From contig JBMNEZ010000001.1 in the NCBI GenBank assembly GCA_050949045.1, positions 1,184,001 through 1,248,000 of the forward strand: 64,000 bases of DNA. The letters are read 5' to 3'. A program made the position numbers and the translations under genes. Source of the stretch: Candidatus Izemoplasmatales bacterium (lineage in GTDB: Bacteria; Bacillota_I; Bacilli_A; Izemoplasmatales; Hujiaoplasmataceae). Shown here in pieces: positions 10,939 through 22,096 of this stretch (positions are counted from its first letter, which is position 1; each line of letters starts with the position of its first letter). The notes beneath the pieces were generated by a model, which saw only the letters and a list, made by a program, of their open reading frames with translations, searched no databases and was not told where the DNA came from.

Positions 10939-11875
10939 CGTATTCCTCCAACAAACGATCGAGATCCTCGAGAATCAGATCGCATTCCCGAAAAGAAGCG
11001 ACAGTAGCGCCACAGGCAAGCAGGTGTCCGCCACCGCCATATTTTTTCGCCACTTCAATGATCGGCACTTTTCTTGATCTCAGTTCACAGAGAATTTTAC
11101 CGGTATCGATGTCAAGGGTAAAATTCGCCCAAATAGGAATTTCCTTAATTCCGGAAAGCTGATTTGCTAGCATCCTGCTGGCGGTTTGGCTTTCTATTCG
11201 ATATTTTTCCAGAAATGCCGCATCGTTTTTCCGGTATCCGACATTATTTCTGGTCAATGAAAAACTGTTCAGATACTCTGCTTTCATTCTTTTTGTTTCC
11301 AGCGACTCGATATACAATAAATTGTAGATTTCAGTAAGATTGATTCCGCTTTCAAGCAATACGGCGGCGATCCGAAAGGTATCCGGCTTTACTGAAGAAA
11401 ACTGGAAGCGACCGGTATCGCCGACAATCCCCATATAAAGCGGCTTGGCCGCGGTCGCATCAATCTCGATTCCATTTTTGATCAGAAAGCGGGCGATCAT
11501 CTCCGAGGATGAAGACGCTTCGGCATCTTTGTAATAGAGATCGGGAGCTAAATCGGTATCGTTTTGATGATGGTCGATGACAATCACTTTTTTTGCCAAA
11601 AGATAATTGTCATCCCCGAGCATCTGACGGACCGAGGTGTCAATAATGAAGTACAGACTATTCCGCAAAATCGGCTCGGAAACCGTGTCAAACTCCTGAA
11701 AGTAATTAAGCCCATTGGTATCACCGACAACGTAAAACCGCTTGGCGGGGAAATGTTTTTTCAGTGCGTAATACAAACCAAATTGCGAACCGTAGGCGTC
11801 AAGATCAGGTGATTTATGTCTGGCGATGACGATACTGTCATGGTCTTCGATTTGCTTGAATATTTCTTTATCCAC
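10931..11875 (-). CDS. nrnA: DHH/DHHA1 phosphoesterase (NrnA-like), copy 2
   Basis: HKSPDLD, DHH, GDTGRF, GGGGHLLACG; overlaps copy 1 by 8 nt. Confidence 0.88.
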   Translation of the reverse strand: MDKEIFKQIEDHDSIVIARHKSPDLDAYGSQFGLYYALKKHFPAKRFYVVGDTNGLNYFQEFDTVSEPILRNSLYFIIDTSVRQMLGDDNYLLAKKVIVIDHHQNDTDLAPDLYYKDAEASSSSEMIARFLIKNGIEIDATAAKPLYMGIVGDTGRFQFSSVKPDTFRIAAVLLESGINLTEIYNLLYIESLETKRMKAEYLNSFSLTRNNVGYRKNDAAFLEKYRIESQTASRMLANQLSGIKEIPIWANFTLDIDTGKILCELRSRKVPIIEVAKKYGGGGHLLACGATVASFRECDLILEDLDRLLEEYDG

Positions 11876-11963
11876 AAAAACACCTCGATTCTCATTGTAT
11901 TATAACACATGATGGAGGCGGCTCATACGGTGATGATGGAAAAAAACAACCTGCAAAAATGAC

Positions 11964-11992
11964 TTGCTTTCACTACCAATACAAGGTAAAAT
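11964..11992 (+). promoter_or_regulatory. sigma-A promoter of guaAB
   Basis: TTGCTT-17-TAAAAT just upstream of the riboswitch. Confidence 0.7.
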
Positions 11993-12000
11993 AAAGAAAA

Positions 12001-12142
12001 ATCGTATATCATCGATGATATGGATCAAAAGGCTCTACCCCGAAACCGTAAATTCCGGGACTACAAAAACATCAATATACTATTTGTCTCTATAGCACGT
12101 TTTTGAGAGTACCGGTCATAAAGTATCGACTACTCTTTTTTT
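12001..12142 (+). ncRNA. Purine (guanine-type) riboswitch, degenerate, with terminator platform
   Basis: CGTATA...GATATGG...TCTACC...CCGTAAA...GACTAC core with C74; GAGTA/TACTC-T7 hairpin; upstream of guaAB. Confidence 0.8.
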
Positions 12143-12169
12143 GTTTTCATTGATCTTCCGGGAGGAAAT

Positions 12170-13702
12170 ATGCAGAAAATCATTGTCATCGACTATGGCA
12201 GTCAATATAATCACCTAATCTCAAGAAGAATCAGGGATCTTGGCGTTTATTCTGAATTATGGCCATCGTCTGCGCATCCGGATGCAATTCGCAATGATCC
12301 TGACATCGTCGGCATTATCTTGAGCGGCGGCCCCAAAAGCATCTCTGATGAAGATGCTAAAACCTTTGACAAGGGCCTGTTTCAATTAGATATTCCCGTT
12401 CTTGGAATTTGTTATGGAATGCATCTGATGGCTGTTATTTTCGGCGGCCTCGTCAATAAGGCAAAGACTGGAGAATTCGGCGAGCGCGAACTTATTGTAA
12501 CCGGTAAGGAATCCTTATTATTTCAAGGGGTTTCCTCGCCAACGAAAGTCTTTATGTCGCACAAGAATCAGATTGACTTGTGTCCTGAAATATTTAAGAT
12601 AACCGCGAAAACTCCCTCCTGTCCAGTCGCGGCCATAGAACATCGGGCATTGCCTTTGTATGCCGTCCAGTTTCATCCGGAAGTCGTGCATACGATCGAC
12701 GGCAACAAGTTGCTTGCAAATTTCGTGTTTTCCATCTGCAAAGCCAAAAAAAGTTGGGATATGACGCATTTTATCGACAGCGAAATCGAAAGGATCAAGG
12801 ATTGTGTCAAGGACGACAAAGTTCTTCTTGGCCTTTCAGGCGGAGTTGATTCCAGCGTCGCTGCCGCCTTGATCGCCAAGGCCGTTCCTGAGCAATTAAT
12901 CTGCATGTTCATCGATCATGGTCTATTAAGGAAGAACGAGGCCAAACTTGTCATAAAACTACTTTCTAGTAATATGAAATTGAATTTGATTCATATCGAT
13001 GCTGGCAAGCGCTTCCTCGAAGCGCTTCGGGGAGTAACCGATCCCGAAAAGAAAAGAAAGATCATCGGCGCCGAGTTTGTGAATGTCTTTGAATTCGAAT
13101 CCAAAAAACTCGGTCATTTCACCTATCTCGCACAAGGAACACTCTATACCGATGTCATCGAATCAGGAACCGCGTCAGCCAAAACCATCAAATCACATCA
13201 TAATGTCGGCGGTCTTCCCGAGAAAATGCGCTTGAAACTTCTTGAACCTTTGAACAAATTATATAAAGATGAAGTCAGGCTTCTCGGCAAAGAGTTGGGT
13301 CTTCCTGATGAAATCGTCAACCGGCAGCCCTTTCCCGGACCCGGACTCGCCATCCGGATCATCGGTGAAGTCACCGAAGAGAAGCTGGAAATCGTCAGGG
13401 AATCCGATGCCATCCTGCATGAAGAAATCCAAAGAGACGGTCTTGACAAGAAGATCTGGCAATACTTCACCGTCTTGACAGGCATCAACACCGTCGGGGT
13501 CATGGGTGATGAGCGAACCTATGACCATACCATCGCGATCAGGGCGGTATCATCTGTCGATGGGATGACCGCCGAATGGGCAATGATTCCCCATCAGACA
13601 TTGGCGCGGATTTCAAGAAGGATCGTTAACGAAGTTAAACACGTGAATCGTGTCGTCTATGATATTTCATCCAAACCACCAGCCACCATCGAGTGGGAGT
13701 AA
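12170..13702 (+). CDS. guaA: GMP synthase (glutamine-hydrolysing)
   Basis: DYGSQY, GICYG, QFHPE, SGGVDS, PFPGPG, KPPATIEWE. Confidence 0.98.
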   Translation: MQKIIVIDYGSQYNHLISRRIRDLGVYSELWPSSAHPDAIRNDPDIVGIILSGGPKSISDEDAKTFDKGLFQLDIPVLGICYGMHLMAVIFGGLVNKAKTGEFGERELIVTGKESLLFQGVSSPTKVFMSHKNQIDLCPEIFKITAKTPSCPVAAIEHRALPLYAVQFHPEVVHTIDGNKLLANFVFSICKAKKSWDMTHFIDSEIERIKDCVKDDKVLLGLSGGVDSSVAAALIAKAVPEQLICMFIDHGLLRKNEAKLVIKLLSSNMKLNLIHIDAGKRFLEALRGVTDPEKKRKIIGAEFVNVFEFESKKLGHFTYLAQGTLYTDVIESGTASAKTIKSHHNVGGLPEKMRLKLLEPLNKLYKDEVRLLGKELGLPDEIVNRQPFPGPGLAIRIIGEVTEEKLEIVRESDAILHEEIQRDGLDKKIWQYFTVLTGINTVGVMGDERTYDHTIAIRAVSSVDGMTAEWAMIPHQTLARISRRIVNEVKHVNRVVYDISSKPPATIEWE

Positions 13703-15181
<1,479 letters not shown>

Positions 15182-15213
15182 ATTTATTTAAAATATAAAC
15201 AAAAACAATAAAG

Positions 15214-15239
15214 AAAGGCGAGCCGTTTGGCTCGCCTTT
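15214..15239. terminator. Bidirectional terminator between guaB and the lipoprotein gene
   Basis: AAAGGCGAGCC-gttt-GGCTCGCCTTT perfect stem. Confidence 0.8.
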
Positions 15240-15279
15240 GCTATAAAAATATAATTTGAATTTAATACAACAATCTAAG

Positions 15280-18200
15280 TTAATCAGCTAAATATGATAA
15301 ATTAGGTGTTACTGCTTCAAAATCAGCGGCATTATCGTTAGAATCAACAAAAGCTTTTCTTTTTGCAGATTTTGAACTCGATAAAGCAGGTGCAGCAGCT
15401 GTGCCTTCATAAGCATTTGCATTTCCAAATCCAACAAAATCGACAACCGCCGGATCATCTTTTCCCGAAATTGCAGTCGCTGCGCTACCGAGAACCAGGG
15501 CAACCTTGCCGTTTGTACCGCCAAGATTAATGCTTCCTGTAATATTTGCAGTGACAGTAATGGGTTTGTCGGTAACCGTTGTTCCCGCAGCTAACACAAT
15601 TAAATAATAAGATTCTGCTCCAATGCTTCCTGTGAGGTCGAGATTGTTTGAAGTACCAAAAGTTCCGGTTGAGCTTGCATAGTGAAGCGAATATCCCACC
15701 ATTGAAACCGCCTGGGCGTTGGGATTGTAAATGACCACATAGTCATTGTTATAGGTAGCTCCAGAGTTCCCGCCACCGCCATATACTTCATAGATCATCA
15801 GAGATAATAACTCTGGCGTACCGGCTTTGATTACAGTTACATTAATGATAACCTCTTTATCGGTTGTGCCCTCTTTGGAAACCTTAATCGTTACTGTTCC
15901 GGTCTTATCGGCATCAACCGGCTGTGTCACAATCAAAGTTCCCGGAGTGGTCGTATGATCGATGCAAGCAGCCAACCCTTCGGAAACGGCCGTGACAGTG
16001 TATGTCGATCCATAAACAGGTTCAGGAACAACATAGTTGGCGCTGAGTTCCAAAGTTGCCGGCAATTTAGCTGCGTCAAGCAAAACATCCTGCTCGAGGG
16101 TTCTTTCGATTACCAAGTTAATGATGTTGAAGGCGTTTCCTTTAGTATAGAAGTTATAGAAAGTAAATTCAATCGCAGGCAATGTCGAATCAGCTGGATA
16201 AATGTCGTCAAGCCAATTATAAGTGCTGTTATTGTAGTACATTGACAACAAATATTGAGTGCTGCCATCAAGATACCAATAGAAATCAACATAATTTCCG
16301 CGATATTCCTTGACTTTCAAGCCTGCCTCGAGCGTGACGACCATGCCGGCATATACTTGGGCGTTCGCAAACTGGATAGCTTTAAGTTGGTCAATCGTCA
16401 ATTCTTTTTTAACAACATCGTTTTCGCTCGAAATAATGTGAACGAGTTTGCCATTGGATACTTGTCTTGCATCATTGTAGTCACCCAGCGTTCCTTTGGC
16501 AATTATTTTGTCACCAACCACTTGTCCCTTTAGGTCTTTGCAGTAAATGGCATAGCCATTGGCATCTTGGATAAAGGTGCCATAAGAACTGTTTGTTCCG
16601 GTAACAACACCTTGAATGTAGATTTCGCCTCCGCCGACAACTACCCAAGCGCCGGCTTCTTTCGCTGACAATGTAGCTAAATCAGTCACAATATCATGCG
16701 CTGCTACATTGATCGTATAGATTTTATTGTCGGTCAAAGGATCTCCCCCGGAAACCGCCAACGAGAACAAGGCCTTTACTTCAACTACATAAGCTTCACC
16801 TTTATATGGGTATTTGAGCTTTCCTGCGTCAATTGTGGCATAGCCGCTCAAGACTTCCCAAGTAACAGCAGTACCATAAGTGCCGGTTGCGAGCAAAACT
16901 ACTTCCGCATCTTCGTACGCGGCAGCATCAAGTCCCGCTTCTGCCATATCGGCAGCCAATTTGGCGGCGTCGGTCATCGGCAGAACAGAAACTGTAAACT
17001 GTTTTGTTTGGGCGGCTTCCCCAGTTATTGAAAGGGTTGCTGTCAAAGTATAAGTTGTAGATTCGACGACATCGGGATATTTTATTTCGCCAGTTTCAGC
17101 ATTGTATGTCGCTGTCGGGATCGCTGTCGCAACGTCCCAGACAATGGTCGACCCGAAAGTTCCGAGCAATGGTAATTCAACCGTCTGTCCCGAAGCCACT
17201 TCAAGATTAATTGCCAAAGAAGCGACGTCGGCAGCTAATTTCTCCACATTGGTCATTTTAACGATCTGCGCATTATTCATCATCGACAATTGAGCATCGT
17301 TGCCATAACGGCCGACTCCCATGCCAATAATTTTGACGGCATCGCCGACAACAAGCGTATTCAAATAAGTTTTGACTACGGCATAATTGGCGATATATTT
17401 ATCAACACGGATATTTAAATCGCTGACTCCGTCGGTGACCTTGAAGCCAAATGATGTCTGATCCGCTGTTGGAACCACCAAATCCTTGATAACAAGGTTG
17501 GGTATTGAAACTGCTTTTCCATGATGCGTCATCAAAACTTCAAGATCAAGTTCTTCCATAGAAACCGGAGCGGGTATCTCGTTGTTCGAGGAAACAAGCG
17601 TTACTTGTTGGGCAGGACTTATTTGCACGGATTGCTCGTAAACATCGATTTTGCCCAATATCAATAGTTTGTCACCGGCAACGATGGGATCTTTGTATAC
17701 GTTTGCCGGTATGAAATAGATGTATATCCCGGCCGTTTCATCCTGAATGAAGATTTGCGTTCCGCCAGCGACGGTGACGATGCCTTCAATCAGCACTTGT
17801 TCGCCTTTGGCTTTTGTTCTTGCTTCGGCAATCGAAGTCTGGACGATTTCCTCTTCGACGGCGATGACGCGGATCGTCTTTTCAATTTCGACTTCGACAC
17901 CTCCGATTGAAAGTTTAGCAGTCAAAGTGACGCTGGTGTCAACTCCGCCATCACTGGCAACCGGTCTTTTGATTGTGATCTTGTAACTTCCTTCCACTGC
18001 TTCAGCTGCAACTTCCGCAATCGTCGGATGGCTGGACTGCCAAGTGATCGTTGCGCCTTGTAAAGCGGCCGGAAGATTGAAATCAACAGTGATGCTATCA
18101 GAACTGTTGATGATGATCATCGCACCCAATCTATTTAGGAAAGATTCAGCGCTTTCTTCTAATACGACCACGGTGAAATCACGGTACAAAGACGTTCTTC

Positions 18201-18627
18201 CCAATAAAGTGGCTGTCGCTCTCAAGGTGGCCGTTGCGTTTCCTTGTCCATACTGCGGGACGGTGATCTCGCCTTGGTTTGTCACAACATCAGGATCAGT
18301 CGTAGTCCACACCACATTAATGCTCGAAACGACTGGTGTGGTTAGGTTCAAATCCTCTGTAACAGCAGCGAGGTTTCCTAAATCGATAGCGTCAAGAAAC
18401 GACTGGAGTACGGCTTCATCCGACATTGCAGTTGTCGTCGGGGTCTTGGTCGTTGTCGGGGTCTTGGTCGTTGTCGACAAAATTCCTGCGGACGTCGAAA
18501 TAGCGGTTGTTGTGTCTCTCGGGCCCGCGGTTGTTGTCGTCGCTGCGGTCGTTAATGCTTCACAACCGGCAAAGACAAATGCCATAATCAGAAATAGCCC
18601 AAAGAATACTAATTTCTTCAATCTCAT
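15280..18627 (-). CDS. Large surface lipoprotein: Ig-like repeats, YhcR-like OB folds, C-terminal lamin-tail domain
   Basis: Lipobox VFAGC; T-rich linker; LP...ITWQSS Ig-like units; SIAEART...IEGIVT...FIQDETAGIYIY OB fold; IYEVYGGGGNSGATYNNDYVVIYNP LTD signature. Confidence 0.8.
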   Translation of the reverse strand: MRLKKLVFFGLFLIMAFVFAGCEALTTAATTTTAGPRDTTTAISTSAGILSTTTKTPTTTKTPTTTAMSDEAVLQSFLDAIDLGNLAAVTEDLNLTTPVVSSINVVWTTTDPDVVTNQGEITVPQYGQGNATATLRATATLLGRTSLYRDFTVVVLEESAESFLNRLGAMIIINSSDSITVDFNLPAALQGATITWQSSHPTIAEVAAEAVEGSYKITIKRPVASDGGVDTSVTLTAKLSIGGVEVEIEKTIRVIAVEEEIVQTSIAEARTKAKGEQVLIEGIVTVAGGTQIFIQDETAGIYIYFIPANVYKDPIVAGDKLLILGKIDVYEQSVQISPAQQVTLVSSNNEIPAPVSMEELDLEVLMTHHGKAVSIPNLVIKDLVVPTADQTSFGFKVTDGVSDLNIRVDKYIANYAVVKTYLNTLVVGDAVKIIGMGVGRYGNDAQLSMMNNAQIVKMTNVEKLAADVASLAINLEVASGQTVELPLLGTFGSTIVWDVATAIPTATYNAETGEIKYPDVVESTTYTLTATLSITGEAAQTKQFTVSVLPMTDAAKLAADMAEAGLDAAAYEDAEVVLLATGTYGTAVTWEVLSGYATIDAGKLKYPYKGEAYVVEVKALFSLAVSGGDPLTDNKIYTINVAAHDIVTDLATLSAKEAGAWVVVGGGEIYIQGVVTGTNSSYGTFIQDANGYAIYCKDLKGQVVGDKIIAKGTLGDYNDARQVSNGKLVHIISSENDVVKKELTIDQLKAIQFANAQVYAGMVVTLEAGLKVKEYRGNYVDFYWYLDGSTQYLLSMYYNNSTYNWLDDIYPADSTLPAIEFTFYNFYTKGNAFNIINLVIERTLEQDVLLDAAKLPATLELSANYVVPEPVYGSTYTVTAVSEGLAACIDHTTTPGTLIVTQPVDADKTGTVTIKVSKEGTTDKEVIINVTVIKAGTPELLSLMIYEVYGGGGNSGATYNNDYVVIYNPNAQAVSMVGYSLHYASSTGTFGTSNNLDLTGSIGAESYYLIVLAAGTTVTDKPITVTANITGSINLGGTNGKVALVLGSAATAISGKDDPAVVDFVGFGNANAYEGTAAAPALSSSKSAKRKAFVDSNDNAADFEAVTPNLSYLAD
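18437..18472. repeat. 18-bp tandem repeat x2 (TTKTPT) in the lipoprotein linker
   Basis: gtcggggtcttggtcgtt twice, exact. Confidence 0.85.
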
Positions 18628-18672
18628 TTTATTATTACCCTCCTAATTATTTTATCTATCAAATCAATCGAT

Positions 18673-20256
18673 TTAATCGCCATTGATTTTTGTTATATCT
18701 TGCTGATCCGCAAGCATAACTTGGTACTTGCTTTTGTCATAAACATAATTTGGATTGGTTCCATCATAATCGTAATCATAGTAACTTAATGGCCCAATGA
18801 CATCGATGGCGTCTCCCACCTTGAGTCCCAATGCTTCCAGCGTGATCAGGGTTGAGTCATCAATTCTGATCGTTATGGTATTGTTGTTGCCGTCACGAAC
18901 TTTTATAGTCGCTCCGGAAGCACCGGTATATAAACTCGTGACAGTCAGGTTTTCGAATTTGACCAGACTGCCTATTTTAGAAAAAGTAAGATCGTTGTAG
19001 GTGATCACTCTTGGCACAACAAGAGACCCTGGGGCGTTGACAAACAATTGCTTTGTCGAGAAATTGGTTAGTTGCGGGCTACCGCTGTAATAAGTGGGCA
19101 CCATTCCGCCAAAGGTAAGGTTGGCGCCGACGACCAATTGGGCAGAACTCGTGAATCCGGTGTAGATATAAACACCGTAACCATCATCATCTTGAAGGTA
19201 GACATGGCTTCCGACTTTGCGGCTGATCGTTCCGGTGACGGTTACTTTGAGTCCGACATATTCTTCAAAGTTCTCGACCAGATACCGAATCGTCATTTGC
19301 GAGCCTTCTTTGCTATAGTCGTACTCGGGATCGATTTCGCCCCAAACCCGCCTTTTTGTCTGCATAGCGTCTCCATTGGCTCTCGACAGAACTTCGTTGA
19401 ATCTAGATCCACTTGCAACTTTGTTTTTTGAATAGGCAAGTTCAACCAATTCCAAATTGAGCAACACGAAATCGCTATTGGCACTATTGCGATACCAAAC
19501 CCAGGCGAGATAACGGCCGTTGTTGTCGGTGCGTTCGCCTTCGGCTTGTAAAACAATCGTCTCTGCGTTTCTGAGTTTGTTTTCCGTGTATCTCGCAGCG
19601 GCCTTTCCCCATGGTTCATATAGGGCTGTTGATTCTGGGGTATCGATGCCGAGATATCTGACCGAGATTGATTGCCTTCCGACATTGAACCAAGTCGTAT
19701 CGCCGTCAATATAGCGATCGGTCGTGACAACACCGATGCCATCGGCGATGAAATCCTTGCCATTGTAGTCTGCTTCCACGAGTTGCAATGGCTTGCCAAG
19801 CGAGTCTTTGTACTCATCAAGGTCATAGATGTATTTGGCTTCAATTGAAAGCGGCGAAGTATAAACCCGCACTTCTGTTCCGAGTTCAACAGGATCGCCT
19901 GACTTGAGATTGGAACCAAAACGGATGAATTTGTCATAATCATCTTCGCTATCAAAAACACTCGAAATATCAAAGTAATACTTGACAGTGAGTCCAAGCC
20001 CTTCGAGGATTTCCGTTATTTCAGATCGCGACTTGCCTTCAAGATCGGGTAACGTAATTTGATTGCTAGTAGTTAATTGAACGGTGGTCGGAGCTTCGAT
20101 CGTAGTCGAAGCCGCGGTTGTTATCAAAGAGGTTGGAGCTTCGGTTGTCGGCTGAGCAGTTGTTGGCAGTGTTGTCGAAAGATTCTCGCAAGCAATCAAA
20201 AACAAAAGCAAAGGCATTGCAAAGATTAGTCTAAACAATTTGGGCATTGGGATCAT
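18673..20256 (-). CDS. Lipoprotein thermonuclease (SNase) with PASTA-like segment and OB folds
   Basis: Lipobox LIAC; LPDLEGKS PASTA-like; IDGDT, VRYLGIDTPE, GRYLAWV SNase motifs; VYLQDDDGYGVYIY OB fold. Confidence 0.88.
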   Translation of the reverse strand: MIPMPKLFRLIFAMPLLLFLIACENLSTTLPTTAQPTTEAPTSLITTAASTTIEAPTTVQLTTSNQITLPDLEGKSRSEITEILEGLGLTVKYYFDISSVFDSEDDYDKFIRFGSNLKSGDPVELGTEVRVYTSPLSIEAKYIYDLDEYKDSLGKPLQLVEADYNGKDFIADGIGVVTTDRYIDGDTTWFNVGRQSISVRYLGIDTPESTALYEPWGKAAARYTENKLRNAETIVLQAEGERTDNNGRYLAWVWYRNSANSDFVLLNLELVELAYSKNKVASGSRFNEVLSRANGDAMQTKRRVWGEIDPEYDYSKEGSQMTIRYLVENFEEYVGLKVTVTGTISRKVGSHVYLQDDDGYGVYIYTGFTSSAQLVVGANLTFGGMVPTYYSGSPQLTNFSTKQLFVNAPGSLVVPRVITYNDLTFSKIGSLVKFENLTVTSLYTGASGATIKVRDGNNNTITIRIDDSTLITLEALGLKVGDAIDVIGPLSYYDYDYDGTNPNYVYDKSKYQVMLADQQDITKINGD

Positions 20257-20290
20257 TCCTTATAATCTATAATTGGCAAAGAGGAGTTCA

Positions 20291-22051
20291 TCAGTTGAAT
20301 ATCAGAGTGCTGACCATTACCTCCAATGCCTTTTCGGGACCAAAGTCTGGTGAATAGAGGTTTTCAAGACATATCCCGGCCTCATCTCTGGCTGTTGCTG
20401 AACTGGCGTTATTGATGCTAGCAGGGAAAGCCGGATCATAACGGCTGGCGTCAATTTGATATGCTGCTATGTTCGCAACCATCGAACTGTGGAGATAGTC
20501 GATCTTTTCCGGATCTTGACTCCAGTCGACTACTCCGTCGTTTGCCCAATATTCCTGAGCGATGCCAAGAAAATCCTTATAAGAAATACTGAAGGACCCT
20601 GTTAGTTGAATCTTTGCATCGGTCGTGTAAGATGACTGTCTTACCGGGAGATAACCGGTATCCATTGCCCATCTGGCACTATTTTCAGTGGTTGTAAGCC
20701 ACTTGATCAACAGCCAGGCAAACAATTTCTCATTACTTGAAGCGTTGCTGAAGATACAAATGTTTGGACCTTGCTGAACCACAGATTTTGAACCGGTGAA
20801 ATTAAGTTGTGTTCCGCCGGCGTCAAGGGTTACCGGAGTGTTGTTTTCAAGAACCGCTTGCGGAACACCAATGAAATCAACATCGAAAATTCCAAATTTC
20901 AGGTTTTTAATATCGTCCGCGGTAGAAGGAATGTTAAAACTGACGCCTGCGCTTGATCCAACTGTCATGCAGACTTCGCCATATTTGAAATATGTCGATC
21001 CGTAATCTGAGTTCCATTCGGTTGGTAAAACAAATGTTCTTCTAGTAAACATCGCTTCAAAATACGTTAGCATATTTTTTGTGGTTTGATTGTTAATCAA
21101 TATTTGTCCCTGAGCGTTTGTATAAGGAGCGTTCAGTTGGCGACTAACATTGATAAATGTATTTCCGGATGAATCATAGTTCAACAAGAACTTGCATTTC
21201 TTGTTAGCGACATCTACAGTTTTGTTGTCGGTGACAAGAATGGGTGTGAGTGCCTGGAGTTGCGCAAAGGTCAAAGGAGTTTCATGATCAAGAAAACCGT
21301 TATCGGAAATATTGATCCCGAGCTCGCGAATTTCTGAAACATGATGTTTGAGAACAGTGCGATTGACGGCAGCGGTTTCTGTTGATTTTGAATACGGAAG
21401 CGAATAATAATAACCGCCGGGATATTGGTTGTTCTCTTTAAGGTAAGGATCGATAAAATCCTCAATGTCAAGTGCAACTTCCACCATTTCACCATATAGG
21501 GTCGATGTTGGGTCGGTGATTTCATAAACAACGTTGCTGTTGATGTAGTTATCCAATTTCTGAACAGCTTTGGCAGTAAGGTAAGTAGCCACATGGTCAG
21601 GATATGCCAACGCTAGTGTTGGAGCCTGTCCGACCATGATCGCCCCATTGATGGTGTCGCGTAGTGTCGGATAATTTGACTGAGAAGTGGAAACAACAGT
21701 CACATTCGGATACATCTTTTCGAACTCATCGATCAATTCATCCAAAAGTGCTGATTTGCCTGCCCCAAAAATGTGCCAAAAGTTGATTTCGACTTCTTCG
21801 TCAGGAAGATCAAGATATACTCGTTGATCAGCAGTTGTGGCAGTACCCGGCGAGATGGTTGTTGTTGAGGGAGTCTGACCGCTGTAAGTCGTTGAGGGCG
21901 TCTGACCACTGTAAGTCGTAGTGATCGGGTCTTGATTAGTCGTGATTGACTGATCTGCAGTAATCGGCGCTTCCGTTGTGACCACAGTAACGCCACAACC
22001 AAACATGAATGTAAAGAGCATTGCTACGAAAAGAACAAGTAGTTTTTTCAT
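20291..22051 (-). CDS. ABC transporter substrate-binding lipoprotein (family 1)
   Basis: Lipobox MFGC; EINFWHIFG, YPDHV, LPYSKSTE, QQGPN, TGYLPVR. Confidence 0.88.
   Translation of the reverse strand: MKKLLVLFVAMLFTFMFGCGVTVVTTEAPITADQSITTNQDPITTTYSGQTPSTTYSGQTPSTTTISPGTATTADQRVYLDLPDEEVEINFWHIFGAGKSALLDELIDEFEKMYPNVTVVSTSQSNYPTLRDTINGAIMVGQAPTLALAYPDHVATYLTAKAVQKLDNYINSNVVYEITDPTSTLYGEMVEVALDIEDFIDPYLKENNQYPGGYYYSLPYSKSTETAAVNRTVLKHHVSEIRELGINISDNGFLDHETPLTFAQLQALTPILVTDNKTVDVANKKCKFLLNYDSSGNTFINVSRQLNAPYTNAQGQILINNQTTKNMLTYFEAMFTRRTFVLPTEWNSDYGSTYFKYGEVCMTVGSSAGVSFNIPSTADDIKNLKFGIFDVDFIGVPQAVLENNTPVTLDAGGTQLNFTGSKSVVQQGPNICIFSNASSNEKLFAWLLIKWLTTTENSARWAMDTGYLPVRQSSYTTDAKIQLTGSFSISYKDFLGIAQEYWANDGVVDWSQDPEKIDYLHSSMVANIAAYQIDASRYDPAFPASINNASSATARDEAGICLENLYSPDFGPEKALEVMVSTLIFN
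21864..21917. repeat. 27-bp tandem repeat x2 (TYSGQTPST) in the SBP linker
   Basis: gttgaggg(a/c)gtctgacc(g/a)ctgtaagtc twice, two synonymous mismatches. Confidence 0.85.
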
Positions 22052-22096
22052 ATTTTCCTCCAGTACTAGTATTTATATATATCAAATATAGAATTA

